A stretch of DNA of 64,000 nucleotides from Azolla caroliniana (lineage: Eukaryota > Plantae > Polypodiophyta): positions 3,100,001 through 3,164,000 of the forward strand of contig JBHGNT010000020.1 in NCBI GenBank assembly GCA_043228905.1. Reading direction: 5' to 3'. A program made the translations under genes and the position numbers. This document shows, one piece after another, positions 1 to 14,000 of this stretch. The notes under the pieces are model-generated. The model was not told the DNA's origin. It ran no database searches and saw nothing but the letters and a program-made list of their open reading frames with translations. The stretch's first letter is position 1, and every line of letters begins with the position of its first letter.

Positions 1-618
1 TTTTGTTTTGCAGAATTGCTGGTACTTCTTTAAACTCTCCTATGTGTTAAACCCCATAATTCTTTTTAGTTTCTATATCTCTGCCTTTAGATATTTCAGA
101 AGACTATCATTCTATCTTCTACATCCTTACACCTTATACTGGCCTGAAAGGAATGTAAACGTTTTCTGGGCCTCTATCCTGTTTGATAAGTTTCACAAGG
201 TTGCTGATTGTCGGTTTTAAACTGTAAGTAGAGAGATCACAACTTCTCTAACATTCTTGTCTAGAATAAATTATTGTACCATTTTAATTTTTATTTCAAA
301 ACCGTTTTGCATACTTTCTTCATTTGTTTTACTATGCAAATACAGTGGTTAAGCAAGTGCTCAGTCAGTGGTCACAACACCTTTGTTATTTCAAATTACA
401 CTGCATATTCTCTTTTTTTATTGTGCAATAACTGTGATTAAGCAAGTGCTTAGTACTGATCATAGCTTCCAAGTTTTCTGTGTCTCTTAACGGTTTGGTA
501 ATTTTGTTGTCCCGTTTTACTGAAACTATAAGAAGAGAGGTCATGCCCTCTCCAATATACTTCTTTGCATAATGTTTTGTTTTCCCGCATGCCTCATTTT
601 TATTTCTCTATTTTACAG

Positions 619-3600
619 GAGTCAAGATCTGTATCACCATTCATAGCATATGCATTATGTGCTGCTGAAGAAGCACTTTCAGATGCAAATTGGCACCCCG
701 AAGATTCTGAAGGACTTGAAGGAACTGTAAGAAAGAGTGGTATTTGCTTATCACATGCAAATTTGTGGTTATATTCACATTACCATTCCTTTTGTCATGC
801 TCTTTTCAACTTTACATCCAACTGTCATTTGTCTTTTATGTAATGAAAAATGTTAGGTACATGTGCCCTTTTTGCATATATTGTCAGTCCGAATGTTGCT
901 GCAAAGCAGTAAATTGTGTCACCTGTCACTTTGTGGTTATGGTGTTGTACCCATCCCTATGCTCCAATGTTTTATTCATTTTTGCATGTGGATAGAATTG
1001 GCATTTATCTTTTATCATGAAGTATGATGCATATGTTATACTTAGTCAGAATCTTCGTGTAGAGCTCAAACTTGTTTTGCATCATAACAGGGGGTATCCA
1101 TAGGTGGTGGGATAGGTTGCATAAGTGAGATAATGGAAGCTGCAGGACTTGTTCTGCAACAGGTTAATTATCATTGTGATTCGTTACCATGTAGCATGTC
1201 AAATGCCTGCAACCATTTTTTTTACTCTTCGTCCGTGGACTTTGTGACTGAAGAAAATTAGGCGGTTAAGCCCGTTCTTTGTTCCCCGCATTCTAATTAA
1301 CATGGCAGCAGGACATACGAGCATGAAATATGGGTTTCAGGTGGGTGTATACTTGCTCTTTTCATGAAATGAATTTCCTTTCTGAAGCCATGATTATGAC
1401 ATATATTTGTCTCTCCCTTTATGGAAGGTAGGGTCCAAACCATGCTGTTGTCACTGCGTGTGCAACTGGTGCACATTCGATTGGAGATGCTTATCGAATG
1501 ATTAGCTTCGGTGATGCAGATGTCATGGTTTCAGGTGGCACAGAGTGCAGCATTGATGCACTGTCGATTGCAGGGTTTTCTCGGTAAGGTCTCCTCAGTA
1601 AATATGCATCTAGAAATTTGAAGAACAGTTTTCACCGCATAAAATGTCATTTTATTACTTTGATTGAATTTATAGCCCACTAACAAGCATGCACATACTC
1701 GCACTAAAAAATCAAGAAAACTTGCGAGCCTTGATTGTCATGCTGACAATTATCATGATCTACCTCTCTTGCACATTTGCATCTTCACACCCATGCTGAT
1801 GCTCATAAATCTAAGTGAACTTGTGAGCCTCAATTGTGATACTGAGAATGATAATGATCTACCTCTCAATATTTTTTCATGACTGGAGGTTTGGTCCTCT
1901 CCTGAAAAACTACATTGCAATCTATTCATTAATCTCTCTATCCACCTGCATTTGGGACTCCCAAAAAGGTAAAGTTGGAGAAATATCCCAAAATGGGTTT
2001 CAGATTGTTACCATATAAAAGCCTCAATTGTGATACTGAGAATGAGAATGATTATGATCTACCTCTCGATATTTTTTTCATGGCTGGAGTTTGGCCTCTC
2101 CTAAAACATTATATTGCAATCTATTCATTCTAGATAAGAGAACTGCATGATGATGTATGGCCTATGAAACCTTACACATGATTATTTGGAATTGTAACTG
2201 CTCTCTACCGACGAATGTCGGGTATTTTGAAGATACCTTCAAAAACAAAGATATTGCTAGGCTTACACAGCCCCACCAATGCATGTCTAGCAACCTCCCT
2301 GATGTACAAGGATGTAGATGGGAGTTAGTATGCCATCCCCAACTTTGGACTCTAGGAAGCATTAGAGGTTCGGGAGGAGTGGCTGTGTTGTACAAAAAGG
2401 AGCTACACGACAGAGTGTGTGTTGTGCATAAGGATGTAGATGCATGTTATATGTGGATACAAATCAAAAGAAGGGATCTTAGGGAACTATATATTGCAAT
2501 TTGTTACTTTCCACCTGCATACTCAAGTTTTGCACCTCCTCGTGAATCACCATAGCTACCATTATATGATGATATCATATGATTTGCTACTATGGGGAAC
2601 ATAATACTATTAGGAGACCACAACGCATGAACTAAGGATGAACAAACAACTATGTTTGACACTAACGAGGCTGTTTATGGAGATATTATAGCAGAAGAGG
2701 TTGGTCTAAAGTGACAAGTGCAAGATATAAGTGGAGTAACTGAATATGGCAAACACTTTCTAGCCTTGGGAAGTGCACATGGATTTGTGATATATAATGG
2801 ATTGTCGCAATGGCTTGAAACAGATGCTTTGACATGTTGGAACCAAAACGAGGTGCAAGCACAATCGACTACCTAATGGGTTCTCCATTTCTTATACCTG
2901 AAATAAGAGAGTTCACTATACCTGGTAGACCTATTGGCTTGACAACAGATCATGCATATCTACACTTTGAGGTGAAACATGGATGCGCAAGGGATGTATA
3001 TGTAAGGAGAGTGTGATGGCTAAGTACCAATTTACTTGAGAGACAATTGATGTGTATAGTTGTGGCTGACTACAAGACACACTTTTTACACACATCGGAT
3101 GATGGATTCATCATCAGGCCATCTTATATGAACATACATCTATCCTATCCGTTGCGCAATGTGATAGGGCAGCTGTGAACTTCATCACATCAGTTAGAGA
3201 TTGAGCTAGGTAGATATACACAAATATCTCTAGAAGAATGAATGTATTACATCCAGGATCCCTTTGCTTACGTTCCTCTCCTTTGGGAACGGTTTTCGGT
3301 GCTGTTTGCCAAATTGGCAAGCTTCGCACACGCATGCAATCTCCTTTTCGGTGAAGGTCAGGAGTTCGGTGATGACTCCTTTCGACGGCATTCCTTTAAG
3401 CTTTTGGAGATTGATGTGGCCAATCCTTTTGTGCCACTGCTCGGCGTTGTCTTTATGACCCTTGGCATACATTGTCGATTTCATCTCATGTGAATCGAGG
3501 ATGAACATCCGACCTTCTCTTTGACCGCGGGCAATGAGTCGGCCTTCTTTTTCGATAAAGCACCCTCCGTTGTTGAAGCAAACTTGCATGCCTTGTTCCA

Positions 3601-6600
3601 CAATCTGGCCAACCGAGACCAGGTTCATCGTTATTGTTGGAACATGCAAGACGTTCTTGATGTAGGTTTGGTTGTCTTCTTCCCCAAATGGGACATTGCC
3701 GACATCTTGAATAGGGTGAATTGTGTCATCCCCAGTTTTCACATAGCCGGGTCGTTCGGGCTTTCGTAGATCTCGGAACCAATCCTCATGTGACGTCATG
3801 TGTTTGGATGCGCCTGAGTTGACAAACCATACATCTTCCGAGTTGGAGGTGTTGGACGGGTTGGAGGCTGTCATAGAGTTCACTCTGTGCCTCATCACAA
3901 ACATTCCGCCACGATCGTCGTAGTCGGAGTTTGAGGCGTATCTGGTGAGTTGTCAACTTGTGGAGGCCGACTCACTCTTCTTTTTGCGACACACTGCCTC
4001 ATAGTGGCCAAACTTGCCACAATATCCGTACTCGGCGGAGTTATTCTGTCGGCTCAGTTTGGCATGATAGCTCCCCCTTCTACCTGACGCTCCGCCTCGC
4101 TCGCTCGTAACGTCTCGTCGGTACTTGAAGTTTTGTTCCTGAGGTTGCTTTTTTTTGTACTGACCTTGGCCTGGTTGGCCCCTTCTTCCATGGCCTTGTC
4201 TTCTTCTGTCATCCGAGTTTGTGTAAAGCATCTGTCCGTTAGATGCGTTAGATGTGTTAGATGCGTTGCCTCTCGTTCAGACGTGGTTTTCTTCCACCAG
4301 TAACACGATTGGAGATTGAAGGAGGGAGACTTCTCCCTTGCGAGGACGGCCAACCGAATGGCGCTGAAAAATGGTGCTAAGCCAACGAGGCATATCTGCA
4401 CCATTTCGTCGTCGTCAATGTTGACATTGGTCGACACAAGGGAGTCGCACAACTTCTTGATCTTCAAGGTGTAGCTGCCGATGGACATGTTGCTCTGTTG
4501 AATATTGTTCAACTCTTGGCGGAGCTGAAGCTTTCTTGCGGTTGTGTTTGCTGCGAATATCTTCTTGAGGTTCCACCACGCCTCTTTTGGTGTTTTGACC
4601 TCTTGGATGTAGCCAAGCATGTGATCATGGACGCATGATGCAAGGCAATACAACACCTGACTCACTGCTTGCTCCCAAACTAGATGGTTGGCATGTGTGG
4701 GGTTGGGTTGATTTTCGTTTGCTCCTTCGACATAACTCCAATAGCCTTGGCCGACAAGGTATTGGTGCATCTTGTACTCCCAAGATGTGAAGTTGTTTCC
4801 TTCAAGTTTCTCTGTAGGAAGAGCGCTTCCCATCTAAGTGTTCATGTCGAACTTCTTCTTCTCTTGATTCAAAATGTGTAGGTCGTTGCTACAACAATCA
4901 ACCGGTTCTCTGTGAACACGGGATTCGACACAACACACGCGAAGGCTATGGGCTTGGATCAAGCTACCAATCACTTTGATACCATGTAAAGAATCGGTAA
5001 TGATTCTGTACAGCGGAAGAGATATGTGTGTGTGAAAGAGAGAACGACACAAGAAAATACAGAAAAACAAAAAACTGTATTAATACTAGCAAGAATGAGC
5101 CAACAGTTACAAAGAGAAGGAGAAGGTGCTTACGTAGTCACCTTCTCTCTAAGTTCTCTCACTGAAACTACCCCTTGAGAAAGGAGTCGAGCCATAACTA
5201 CTTAAAGAATATGTGGCATAGGATATTAACTTCTATGACACACTAGTTACTATACAAGGAGGTGGGGTGTTCACACACTTGAGTCTCCTAGAGTGTGTTC
5301 CCACACACGGGAAGTTGAGATTGATTCTCAATAGGTGTGAACATACTTAGAATAGTATGAACCTAGTTAAGTAACTGTTAGGTGTGAATATAGTTACAAT
5401 AGTGTGAACCCTATTAAGTGACCGTTGGGTTTCCACCTACCTGTAGATACTTGTTATATAAACCATTCTACATCTTTGTAATAAGTGCTCGTTTATTCTA
5501 ATCTACTGATATTTCCTCAAGTCTTCTAAGTGATCTCGCTGTGTGAGAGTTTGTCAAAGATCCCTGCATTTTCTACAACCCACACAAAATGATCTCCAAT
5601 AGATATAGAATATTTTAACTGAATCCAACTTGGACTGCGGACTTGTTGATTAAGCCATTCAAGGTGATGTGACTTGTATTGTGAAAAGTAGTGCTATTAA
5701 TTGAATTATGCAGGGCCAAAGCATTAAGTACAAGGTTCAATAATGAGCCAGAGAAGGCATCAAGGCCATTTGATACCAATCGGGATGGTTTTGTGTAAGT
5801 AGAAAAAAGAAAAATAAATGTTAATCGAGCACCATTTCTTTACTAAAGGGTCACGAAGCTATTGTGATTTCGTTTTTCACAGGATAGGTGAAGGTGCTGG
5901 CATCATGATTTTAGAAGTGAGTTTAATTTATGCAAGTTGCATTTGCTGTTTCTATAATCAGATCTTGTATCATCCAATCTTCAGCATGGCACACCATTAG
6001 AGATGTGTGTTGAACTTCTAATGTACTGCCAGACCAACATCCTGATGAAATTAAATTTCCTACAATTATGTTTATTTAACCAAAATTTTCATACGTTGAG
6101 AAATCACCTTTACCAATGCAGAAAGTACTTTCAAACTATTGTATGCAAGGAATAAGCTGCGTAGTTTCTAAATATGGGCAGGCATATTTGGTAGACAATG
6201 TATATTGTGGTGTATAGGAGAGCAACCTTCTTTTAATGACGTAAAAAGTATCCTAAAGAACAAAAAAACTCATTTTTGTCCTGATCAAACTCTCACAACT
6301 GTGTATTTGTGGTATTTTAGGAGCTTGAACATGCAAGGAAAAGAAACGCAACGATTTATGCTGAAATTCGAGGTTATGGCATGTCAAGTAAGCATTTCTG
6401 TGGTTGTGTCATGCATGTGTATTCTTGCTGTTTTAATCTGCCAATATTAAGTCTTTTTTATCATCCTAAATTTGATCTTTTCTATGTCATTAAATATATT
6501 TTTATAGAGAATTAATCAGTGTAAAAATATTTGTGAGATGATAGACAACATTGCAAATGGCCAGTGGCTATATCTCCTATCAATTATTGGCATTTTCTTG

Positions 6601-9363
6601 TGTTTATGGTCGATAATTTGCATCAAACAAAATCATGGATACGTAATGTCTCTTGCTGCTTCGTTCATAAACCCGTAATACCTCTTTCTATATCTTGGAG
6701 GTTGGAGTCAAATGAAAGTTCAATTCTTCATGCATACATCGTCAAATTTTAATGGGATGTGGCTCCTTGAACTTGTATCTACTTGGAGTGAAAAATGATA
6801 TAGATGAAGGTGTGATATCATATGTTGCAGTGCATGCGCAATGAACTTGACTTAATCTATTTACGATGATAAATTTCTTTTAATTGTCTCTTTTTCCAGT
6901 GTAATTGGTTCATCTTGTCTATTTTTATGTATCCTAGGACATTAGTTCTATGTGCAGTAACATTTGAATGTTACAGTCTCTATATAGCTCGTTTGCATAT
7001 TTCGTTGTTCTTCACTGTTGGGTACAACTGGATCCCTCTCTCATATTTTAAGATTTAATATCTAGTTTTGTCTCATAGGCCATTTTGGCCTCTGAAAAGA
7101 CATCAACAGATTACCATGGACCACAACTGCAGCACCCTTGTCATCGACAGATAAAGGCCATTATCTGCCACCATTGCAGGTGCTTCCCTTGCTTCAGAGA
7201 CCTCTCCATTCTGGATCGACCTATGTTAGAGATCTTTCGAAGACAAAAGTTACAATATATCTAACTTTAGAATCTCACATGTGTCGAAAACCAGATTCCC
7301 TCGTCTATTTTTATCTTATTTACTTTTATATTTACTGAGCAATACTTATTTTATTTTGATTTGTTCTCAAAAGGGAGACAACACTTAAGATGTAATATTT
7401 TGTTTGGTCTTATAGGCCATTTTGGCCTCTTAAAAGATGTTAATATATCTTTCTTTCTTTCTCATATCATCCCAATGTTCCGTTTTGGACATCATGTGTA
7501 ATTTTCAGGTGATGCACATCATATAACACAACCTCCTGAGAGTGGCCGTGGAGCGATCTTAGCAATGCAGAGAGCTTTATTTCAGGTTAGTGAATCCAAT
7601 GGTCTTGTCAGGTTACCATCCTTTGCACGATTTAGGTTTTCCACATGGTATTTAATTCTTTTAATGAAGACCTAGGTAAAAACCTATGTTATTTTTTGTC
7701 AAACATGATACCCTAAAATACCAACAAAGTTGGAAACACCAGTAAAAACAATTTTTAACTATAGAAATTCATACTTAAAAAGTAAATCAATCTATTAATA
7801 ATAATGTTGTAGTTACTGACCATTGGTTGGTTAACCTTGGATCATATTTCTACAGAGTGGGAGTCTGCCAAAGTTATTGCTATGAATAACATTGCTAATT
7901 GCTAGGAGTAAACAATGTTTTACTACACTTGAAGGAGATCTTGGTTGTGTTCAATGGATAAGAGTATAGCTTTCAGAGCTCTTCCATTGAGAACTCCTTT
8001 CTTGCATTGCATCTAAGTCAGATTCGTGAGCTTGCCCTCCTTCAATGCCCTCACTTGTTAGTACTGTGGTTTTTATTTCTAATTTGTGTTTTTCGCATGT
8101 TATATATAGGCAGGTTTGCGCTTAGAAGATGTGGATTATGTCAATGCCCATGCTACATCTACAGTCATAGGTAGTCCTAGTATATTGTATTTCATTTTCT
8201 TTATCTATTATGCAACCTAACCTTAAATAGAGTTAGAGAATTCTGCAGTGCTGTCACATGTGGTCTATATTTTGATAGGACAACTTGTGCATTAAGTAAT
8301 GCTGCTAAGAAAGTGAAATTGCTCTTTGATAATATTAGTCTTTGAAGCTGGCTGCATCTTTACATGGAAAGCATTATAAATTGCATGGGCTTGTTGTGAT
8401 GATGATTATAACCTTTCCCTAGGATAGTAATGAAACTATGTTTATTAACTTCAGCATCACTTGGATTTAGTTGAACCTTGGCAATGAAGAGATGATGTGG
8501 ACTTGGTTGAACCTTCGCAAATGTGATGCAGGTGATACAGTGGAAGCAAAGGCGATCAAAACACTTTTTGGAGAGCATGCAGCATCTGGCAATCTAGCAA
8601 TATCTTCCACAAAAGTAAGACATGAGGTTAAGTTAGAAGTTCAACATTACTCTAAATATAAGAGAATTTAAAAAATATCCCCCATAAAGGATAATCTACA
8701 CGAGGTTAAAGTCAGAGAAGGTCAACATTCCGCTAAATATAAGAGAACTTAATAATCAACATTGCTTTGAATATGAGAGGTAATCATCATTGCTCTGGAT
8801 GTAATTCTCATGTTGACTTTTCAGGGAGCTACCGGCCATTTATTAGGAGCAGCTGGAGCTGTTGAAGCAATCTTCTCTGTATTGGCTCTATATCATGTAT
8901 GTACAATATGAAGTAGAGAATTTTCATGTTTTGCTTTGGAAAAACACCCAAAATGCCACGGAACCCCTTGGATATTTATCAGAATAAATGGAAGTTTTCA
9001 AATTCACCAAAAATACCTGTTTTGAGTACATAGTTCTCTTTATTTGGGGTATTCTTGTAAAATTTGGATACTTACCAGTATTTTGATAAACATCCAAATA
9101 AATTTGGAAACTTCCCAAGTAATTTTGGTGTTTTGCCCTATTTCCCCTGTTGCTTTTTGTAACAAATTCGTGAAGCACGTGTTTTACTAATTTGACAGGG
9201 TGTTGCACCTCCAACGATGAATCTAGAAATACCAGACCCAGTATTTGATGAGCATTTCATGCCGTTGGCTTCTACATTAAAGAAACCAATGCGTGTGGTG
9301 CTCTCAAACTCTTTTGGTTTTGGTGGAACAAATGCATGCCTTGCTTTTACCAGCCTCACCTAA
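619..9363 (+). CDS. 3-oxoacyl-[ACP] synthase, mitochondrial type (mtKAS/FabF-like); 5' exons lie outside the window
   Basis: GT-AG exons read manually and in phase: 619-726, 1091-1162, 1254-1340, 1432-1583, 5714-5794, 5883-5916, 6321-6387, 7509-7585, 8110-8170, 8532-8614, 8825-8896, 9199-9363 (TAA). Motifs: [28 protein letters not shown], catalytic Cys in [38 protein letters not shown], His in [34 protein letters not shown]. Confidence 0.95.
1825..2130. repeat. Intronic tandem duplication (period about 195 bp)
   Basis: gcctcaattgtgatactgagaatga...atctacctctc...tattgcaatctattcatt occurs at about 1827 and about 2021; a partial third copy is near 1740. Confidence 0.8.
2135..3235 (+). mobile_element. 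Degenerate LINE ORF2: APE endonuclease domain joined to a C-terminal ORF2 piece
   Basis: [42 protein letters not shown] and TDHAYL match EEP/APE motifs, with stops and frameshifts. 3065-3230 is similar to the LINE 3' piece at 15340-15480. Confidence 0.8.
3236..5333 (-). mobile_element. 3'-truncated Ty1/copia (5' LTR, gag, protease, GAG-pre-integrase) inside a KAS intron
   Basis: LTR about 4985-5333 (TA..CA). PBS-iMet TGGTATCAAAG at 4974-4984 (minus). gag [25 protein letters not shown]-like knuckle, protease [19 protein letters not shown] and CEACQFGK. Ends at the start of the integrase. Confidence 0.9.
7030..7460 (+). mobile_element. LINE-derived 3'-end fragment(s) with shared hairpin tail
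   Basis: 7140-7270 is similar to the reverse complement of 14020-14150. The tail tttg(g)tct(c/t)ataggccattttggcctct occurs at about 7068 and about 7403. Confidence 0.65.
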
Positions 9364-9417
9364 GGGTATGTTAGTGCTCCTAACAAATGTGAGAGGCTTA
9401 GAAGATGTAGTTACATC

Positions 9418-9535
9418 CCTAACACTTCTTTTGGTTTCGGTGGAACCAATACAATCCTTGCTTTTACCAGCCCCATCTAAGAGGAGAAAAAGAGGGATAT
9501 CTCTCCTAACTAATCAAAAAGTTTAGAAGATGTAG
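9418..9535 (+). repeat. Diverged duplicate of the KAS terminal codons and start of the 3'UTR
   Basis: ttcttttggtttcggtggaaccaatacaatccttgcttttaccagccccatctaag resembles 9309-9364, and both copies are followed by ctcctaac...ttagaagatgtag. Confidence 0.8.
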
Positions 9536-9929
9536 GTAGAAGAGAAAGAGTCTTTAGATCAGTGCAAACTTTTTAGAGGCTTTAATTTTCACAAGAAATG
9601 TTTCTAATCAAGGTTTAATTTTCATCTCCGTCAGGTATATAGGTAGATACCAAATATTTTTTAGGATAGATATCCTCACAATCATCCAAACTAGTCAATG
9701 AATATATGTGATTGTAATCCATTATCCTTGATATTGACTATTGGATTCCAGAATGTAATGTAATACCATATAACATGTTGCCAATTATTCTTGCGTATTT
9801 GAATTATGACCTCAGCATTGCTGTGCCCTTGTCAGTAAGATTCCATCATATTTAAAATCTGTGTATAATGGCATAAATGCCATCGTCTGCATGTTGATAT
9901 GCATGTAGAGAATAGTTCGTAGGCATTTA

Positions 9930-10360
9930 TTTTGAGAATGTGATGTAAAACAAAAATGTGTCATTGATATCTTGCATGAAATGGACGCATAAATTGAATC
10001 CATCCTAACGTAGTCATGAGGTTGTTCCATTGGAGAAGGGTGTGTGAACTTTGTATCATCATAAAGCACCAAATAAAAATATCCCAATGTTTGTGCATGT
10101 TGTACGGTCGTCAATATTGGAAACTGAAATTTGTGGCATTTAATGTGAGAATGTGATGTAAACATGTCATTGATGTCTGTGCAGGAAATAGAAGTATAAA
10201 TAGAATCCATCCTAATATGTCATATGGTTGACCTCCATTGGAGAAGGGTGTAAACTTTTGGTGTCATGGTTGAGCAACTAATAAAAATATTTCGATATTT
10301 GTGATAGTTGTATGGCATGATATCATCAATAATAGAAACTCAAGTTTTTAGCATTTTAAA
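9930..10360. repeat. Intergenic tandem duplication (about 210 bp, 2 copies)
   Basis: gagaatgtgatgtaaa...gaatccatcctaa...tccattggagaagggtgt...aataaaaatat at about 9934 and about 10147. Confidence 0.8.
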
Positions 10361-11041
10361 TTTCTATATTGCAATGCTCCTATATGATGTGTTGGGACAG
10401 ATAAATCTTGTTACTTGACAACACGTACACCATGAAACGAGAACAATAGATCTTCGTTGCTACAATTTGCACCACTTATATGTTCTCGTTGCAATATATA
10501 CTTGGTTTTGCAACACTCAACATATCCTATACTCCACTTTCATCTGCTTTCTCACAGTAAGTATTCCAGCATATGCATATTGAGACTACTCCAGACTAAT
10601 GAGTGTCAAATTTCACAAATTTATTGGAAATTGGAATTGACTTGGTTTTTAATTCAGAATTTTGTTGAATTTAAGTTAGCATGGAGCTATTACAGAACGC
10701 AACAAATGGATATCATTTTCTCATATTTTCCCTTCATGTGAGTAGTGCTAGCTTGATGTGCCTTTGCTAGATCCATGGTCCTGGTTTTGAATTCTTTTGT
10801 AGTTGAACTCAGTATTCAAATAAGAGCAGTTGCAGCTTATGCAGGCATTTTCACGGGAATTATGAGGTGATGGTACCAACTCTAGGGAGGCTATCACTAT
10901 GGGTTTTATGATCTTAATTCAACTTGAGGCATCCATTGTGAGGTATATTGATTGACGGGCTTCTCAATTGATGATGGTTGCTATTATAAACTCTGAACTT
11001 TGATTACGCAACTGAACTTAATGTGAGAGAGATCCCTTTAT

Positions 11042-14000
11042 TTACTTGTAAGGAACTAATTCAATGGTTTGATCATGGGTGAGAGGAGATCGATGTACTT
11101 CCAAATCTGGATTATTGTCATCATCATCATTATCAGAAACATGAGAGATGGAGAGTTCAGGGGGGAGCAGTTGGGGAGCAGAGGGGAGGGTGTCAGGGAC
11201 TAAGAAAAGGAAAAGAAGTGGAACAAGGCGGAGAAGGGTTCGGATGAGTGCAGCAAGCCAAAGGTTGGAGAAGTTGTCACGCTTCACTCCGAGGCTATGT
11301 TGCAACAAAGCTCCACCCCACATTGAGGTCATCAGCCCCAGATTATCTACTGCCATAAGAAGCGCAAAGAATGTACCCTCTATACCTGCCGGACATAACT
11401 TTGCACACAACACCAGTTGTGGTATCCACTTTAACCTCCCCACTGTCTGTATCATGATCTCATCAAAGAGAAAGAATATTGAATCAGGCATATGGAGCCA
11501 CTGATTCCATCTCAGTACTAGGATTAAATCAACAGTTCCTCCCACAAACACAAGCACTTGTGCCCATAGCATGATTCTCCTGAACGGGTAATTCTTTAAT
11601 CCATTTTGATAAGCTATTGTACCTAGGAAACCTCCCAATGATCCCAAAGCAAATGACATGCCGACAAACTCCTATGATCACAAAATACCAATTCCATCAA
11701 TAGAAAGTTGTGTTTTGTTTATCAAGATTTTGTTATGTGATAATCATCTACCCTCGAGTTAACAGAATAACTTGAACAACCTAAGATAAATTGTACTCAT
11801 AATGTAAATCTTAAATCTTTCTAGCATGAAAGAAGTAATTGTGACATTCATGTTTCCATTATCTTGTGTAGTGGTTACGTGACCTAGTATTCACTCAATA
11901 CAATATCTTTCAAGGAAAAACAATGAAAGGATGGTTGTGAACCATACTAACTACAAATGTATGATTTTATATGCCTATATATAGAAATATATATTTCTGC
12001 TTATTACCTCAGAGAACCCTAACCCTCGCTCTTTGTCCGTATACCAATAGAACTTCCCTTCAGCAATGGATGGTGAAGAAGCCCATGAAATGAACATGTA
12101 CAAGACTGGTTTCCAAACTTGAGGACAACTTATTGTCTTGAAAATGCTTCTACATGTTCTTTCAATCTTCTTGAACACCTGTCAAAAAGATTTTTTCATC
12201 GAAAATGCATTAATCATACTCAACTTCCCACCTTTACCATTTCGTTTCTCAATACCCAAATATTTCTCATATGACTATTGCTTCACAAATCAAGATTTTC
12301 TTCTGAATTCTTTTATCATTAAGATTAATCTCATAAACTTCAGCTTGGGATAGTATTCATGGAAAATATTCACTGAAGCATCATTATTATCTTCAACAAT
12401 TTCAGCAAAGAAAATAAAAAATAAACTACAGCCTCCTATATGTGTTGACCACATTGATATGCATGAATACTAAAATAAGCAACAGTATTTCTTTCTTTAT
12501 AAGTACAGAATGTACAATAAAAGCCTCATCTGTCATTTTCTAACATAATAACAACATATTGTGATTTTCTAATAATAATAAAAACAGGCAGCATTTGTTT
12601 TTCAAGTACACAAATGGTGCTAATAAAATAAAATAAAAAGAGATTTTAGAGATGAGAGCAATACCTGTGAGACTTTGAATGATGTAATATGATCTTTTGT
12701 CTCTAGTAATGTGAAACTCAGTAAAAGAAAGAGTGCTCCATTTATAGATAATAGTCCCAATGCATTCTGGAAAAAGATATGCAAATTACAAGTTAACAAT
12801 TCAGAAAACCCACCCTAAATTTAACTTAATACATGTAGAAATTGAAGCATCTAAATGAATCAGTGTTGTAAATTGATGCACTGAATTGTGTTGAAACACG
12901 GAATGCTAGTGACAATTATTCCTGGAAGGCTTTTTAAAAACAGTGATCGAGCAGGAAGAATGTGTTTTGAGAACAATTGAAGTATGAACAAAGAGAAGGA
13001 AATAATTTCTACACTGCTCGCACCAATCTTGAACCACCATCAAATATAAATATGTTATCATTTTCCTCCACAGTAACTTCTAATGATAAGATGGGATATT
13101 CAGTTTATCAGCGGTAAACTGAAACTTGGTTGCATATAGTGTGATAAAGACCATGTCCTTTGCCCGGCTATGCCAAAAGCTTGGCATAGTTCTGATGGAA
13201 GGGCCTTGTGCACACAACACAAAAGGAACTCTACTGGTCTCTTTATACGGAGGGAGATATGTCTTCACATCCGGCACCTTGAGTGGGTCTCTATGCAGAA
13301 AAAGAAGACATCACCCTGCATTGAAGACTTCTGGTTCAGCATCTGAGAAGAATCACAGGAAGCACAGTCGGAGGGATCTTCAATAAGCTTAGCTTTACTC
13401 TTTACAATCATTTCCCTAGAATTCTTCTTCGCTGCCTTGAGGAATTTAGGAACCATTTATGGCAGGTGCAGAGGTGGAGAGTAACAATAGATGTGGCGCC
13501 TTGTGTTGATCAACTATCCACCATACCTTAGTCATAGGCTACATGTTGAATGGATGGTGATGGATCATTCATCCCTCTAGAATCGGCGCTAAAACTATGA
13601 GCAATTTGATCCAATGCTTTAACATTCATAGAAAGCATTGGGAAAAGAAGTAAAATGAAATGGAACGTGAAGAGCAGAAGCCAAATTGAAATCGATATCC
13701 AAATACTATGCCTGTCATTTTCCGAAGGATACAAACTTTTCTACTCAAATGAATTTGAAGCTCATTCATGGAACATGAAATACTTCAACCAACAAAATAC
13801 CAAGTTCATGGGTGTGGCAACATTTTAAATAGAACCAGAAAGAAAAGAAAAGAAAGATATATTAATGTCTTTAAGAGGCCAAGCTGGCCTGTACGACCAA
13901 ACAAGAGATTAGATCTTGAGTGTTGTCTCGTCTTTGAGAACAGCAAATCAAAATAAATAAATGTTACTAAGTAAGATAAGAAGAGACTAAAGAATCTTGT

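Noticed and set aside
310-470. Short intronic duplications (also 8620-8755 and 19780-20000)
   Set aside because: Two to four degenerate local copies with no evidence of function.
6381-7511. KAS reads GMSSDAHH where GMSGDAHH is common
   Set aside because: Split codon A|GT gives Ser. This is a conservative change also seen in bacterial FabF-type enzymes and is not a sign of pseudogenisation.
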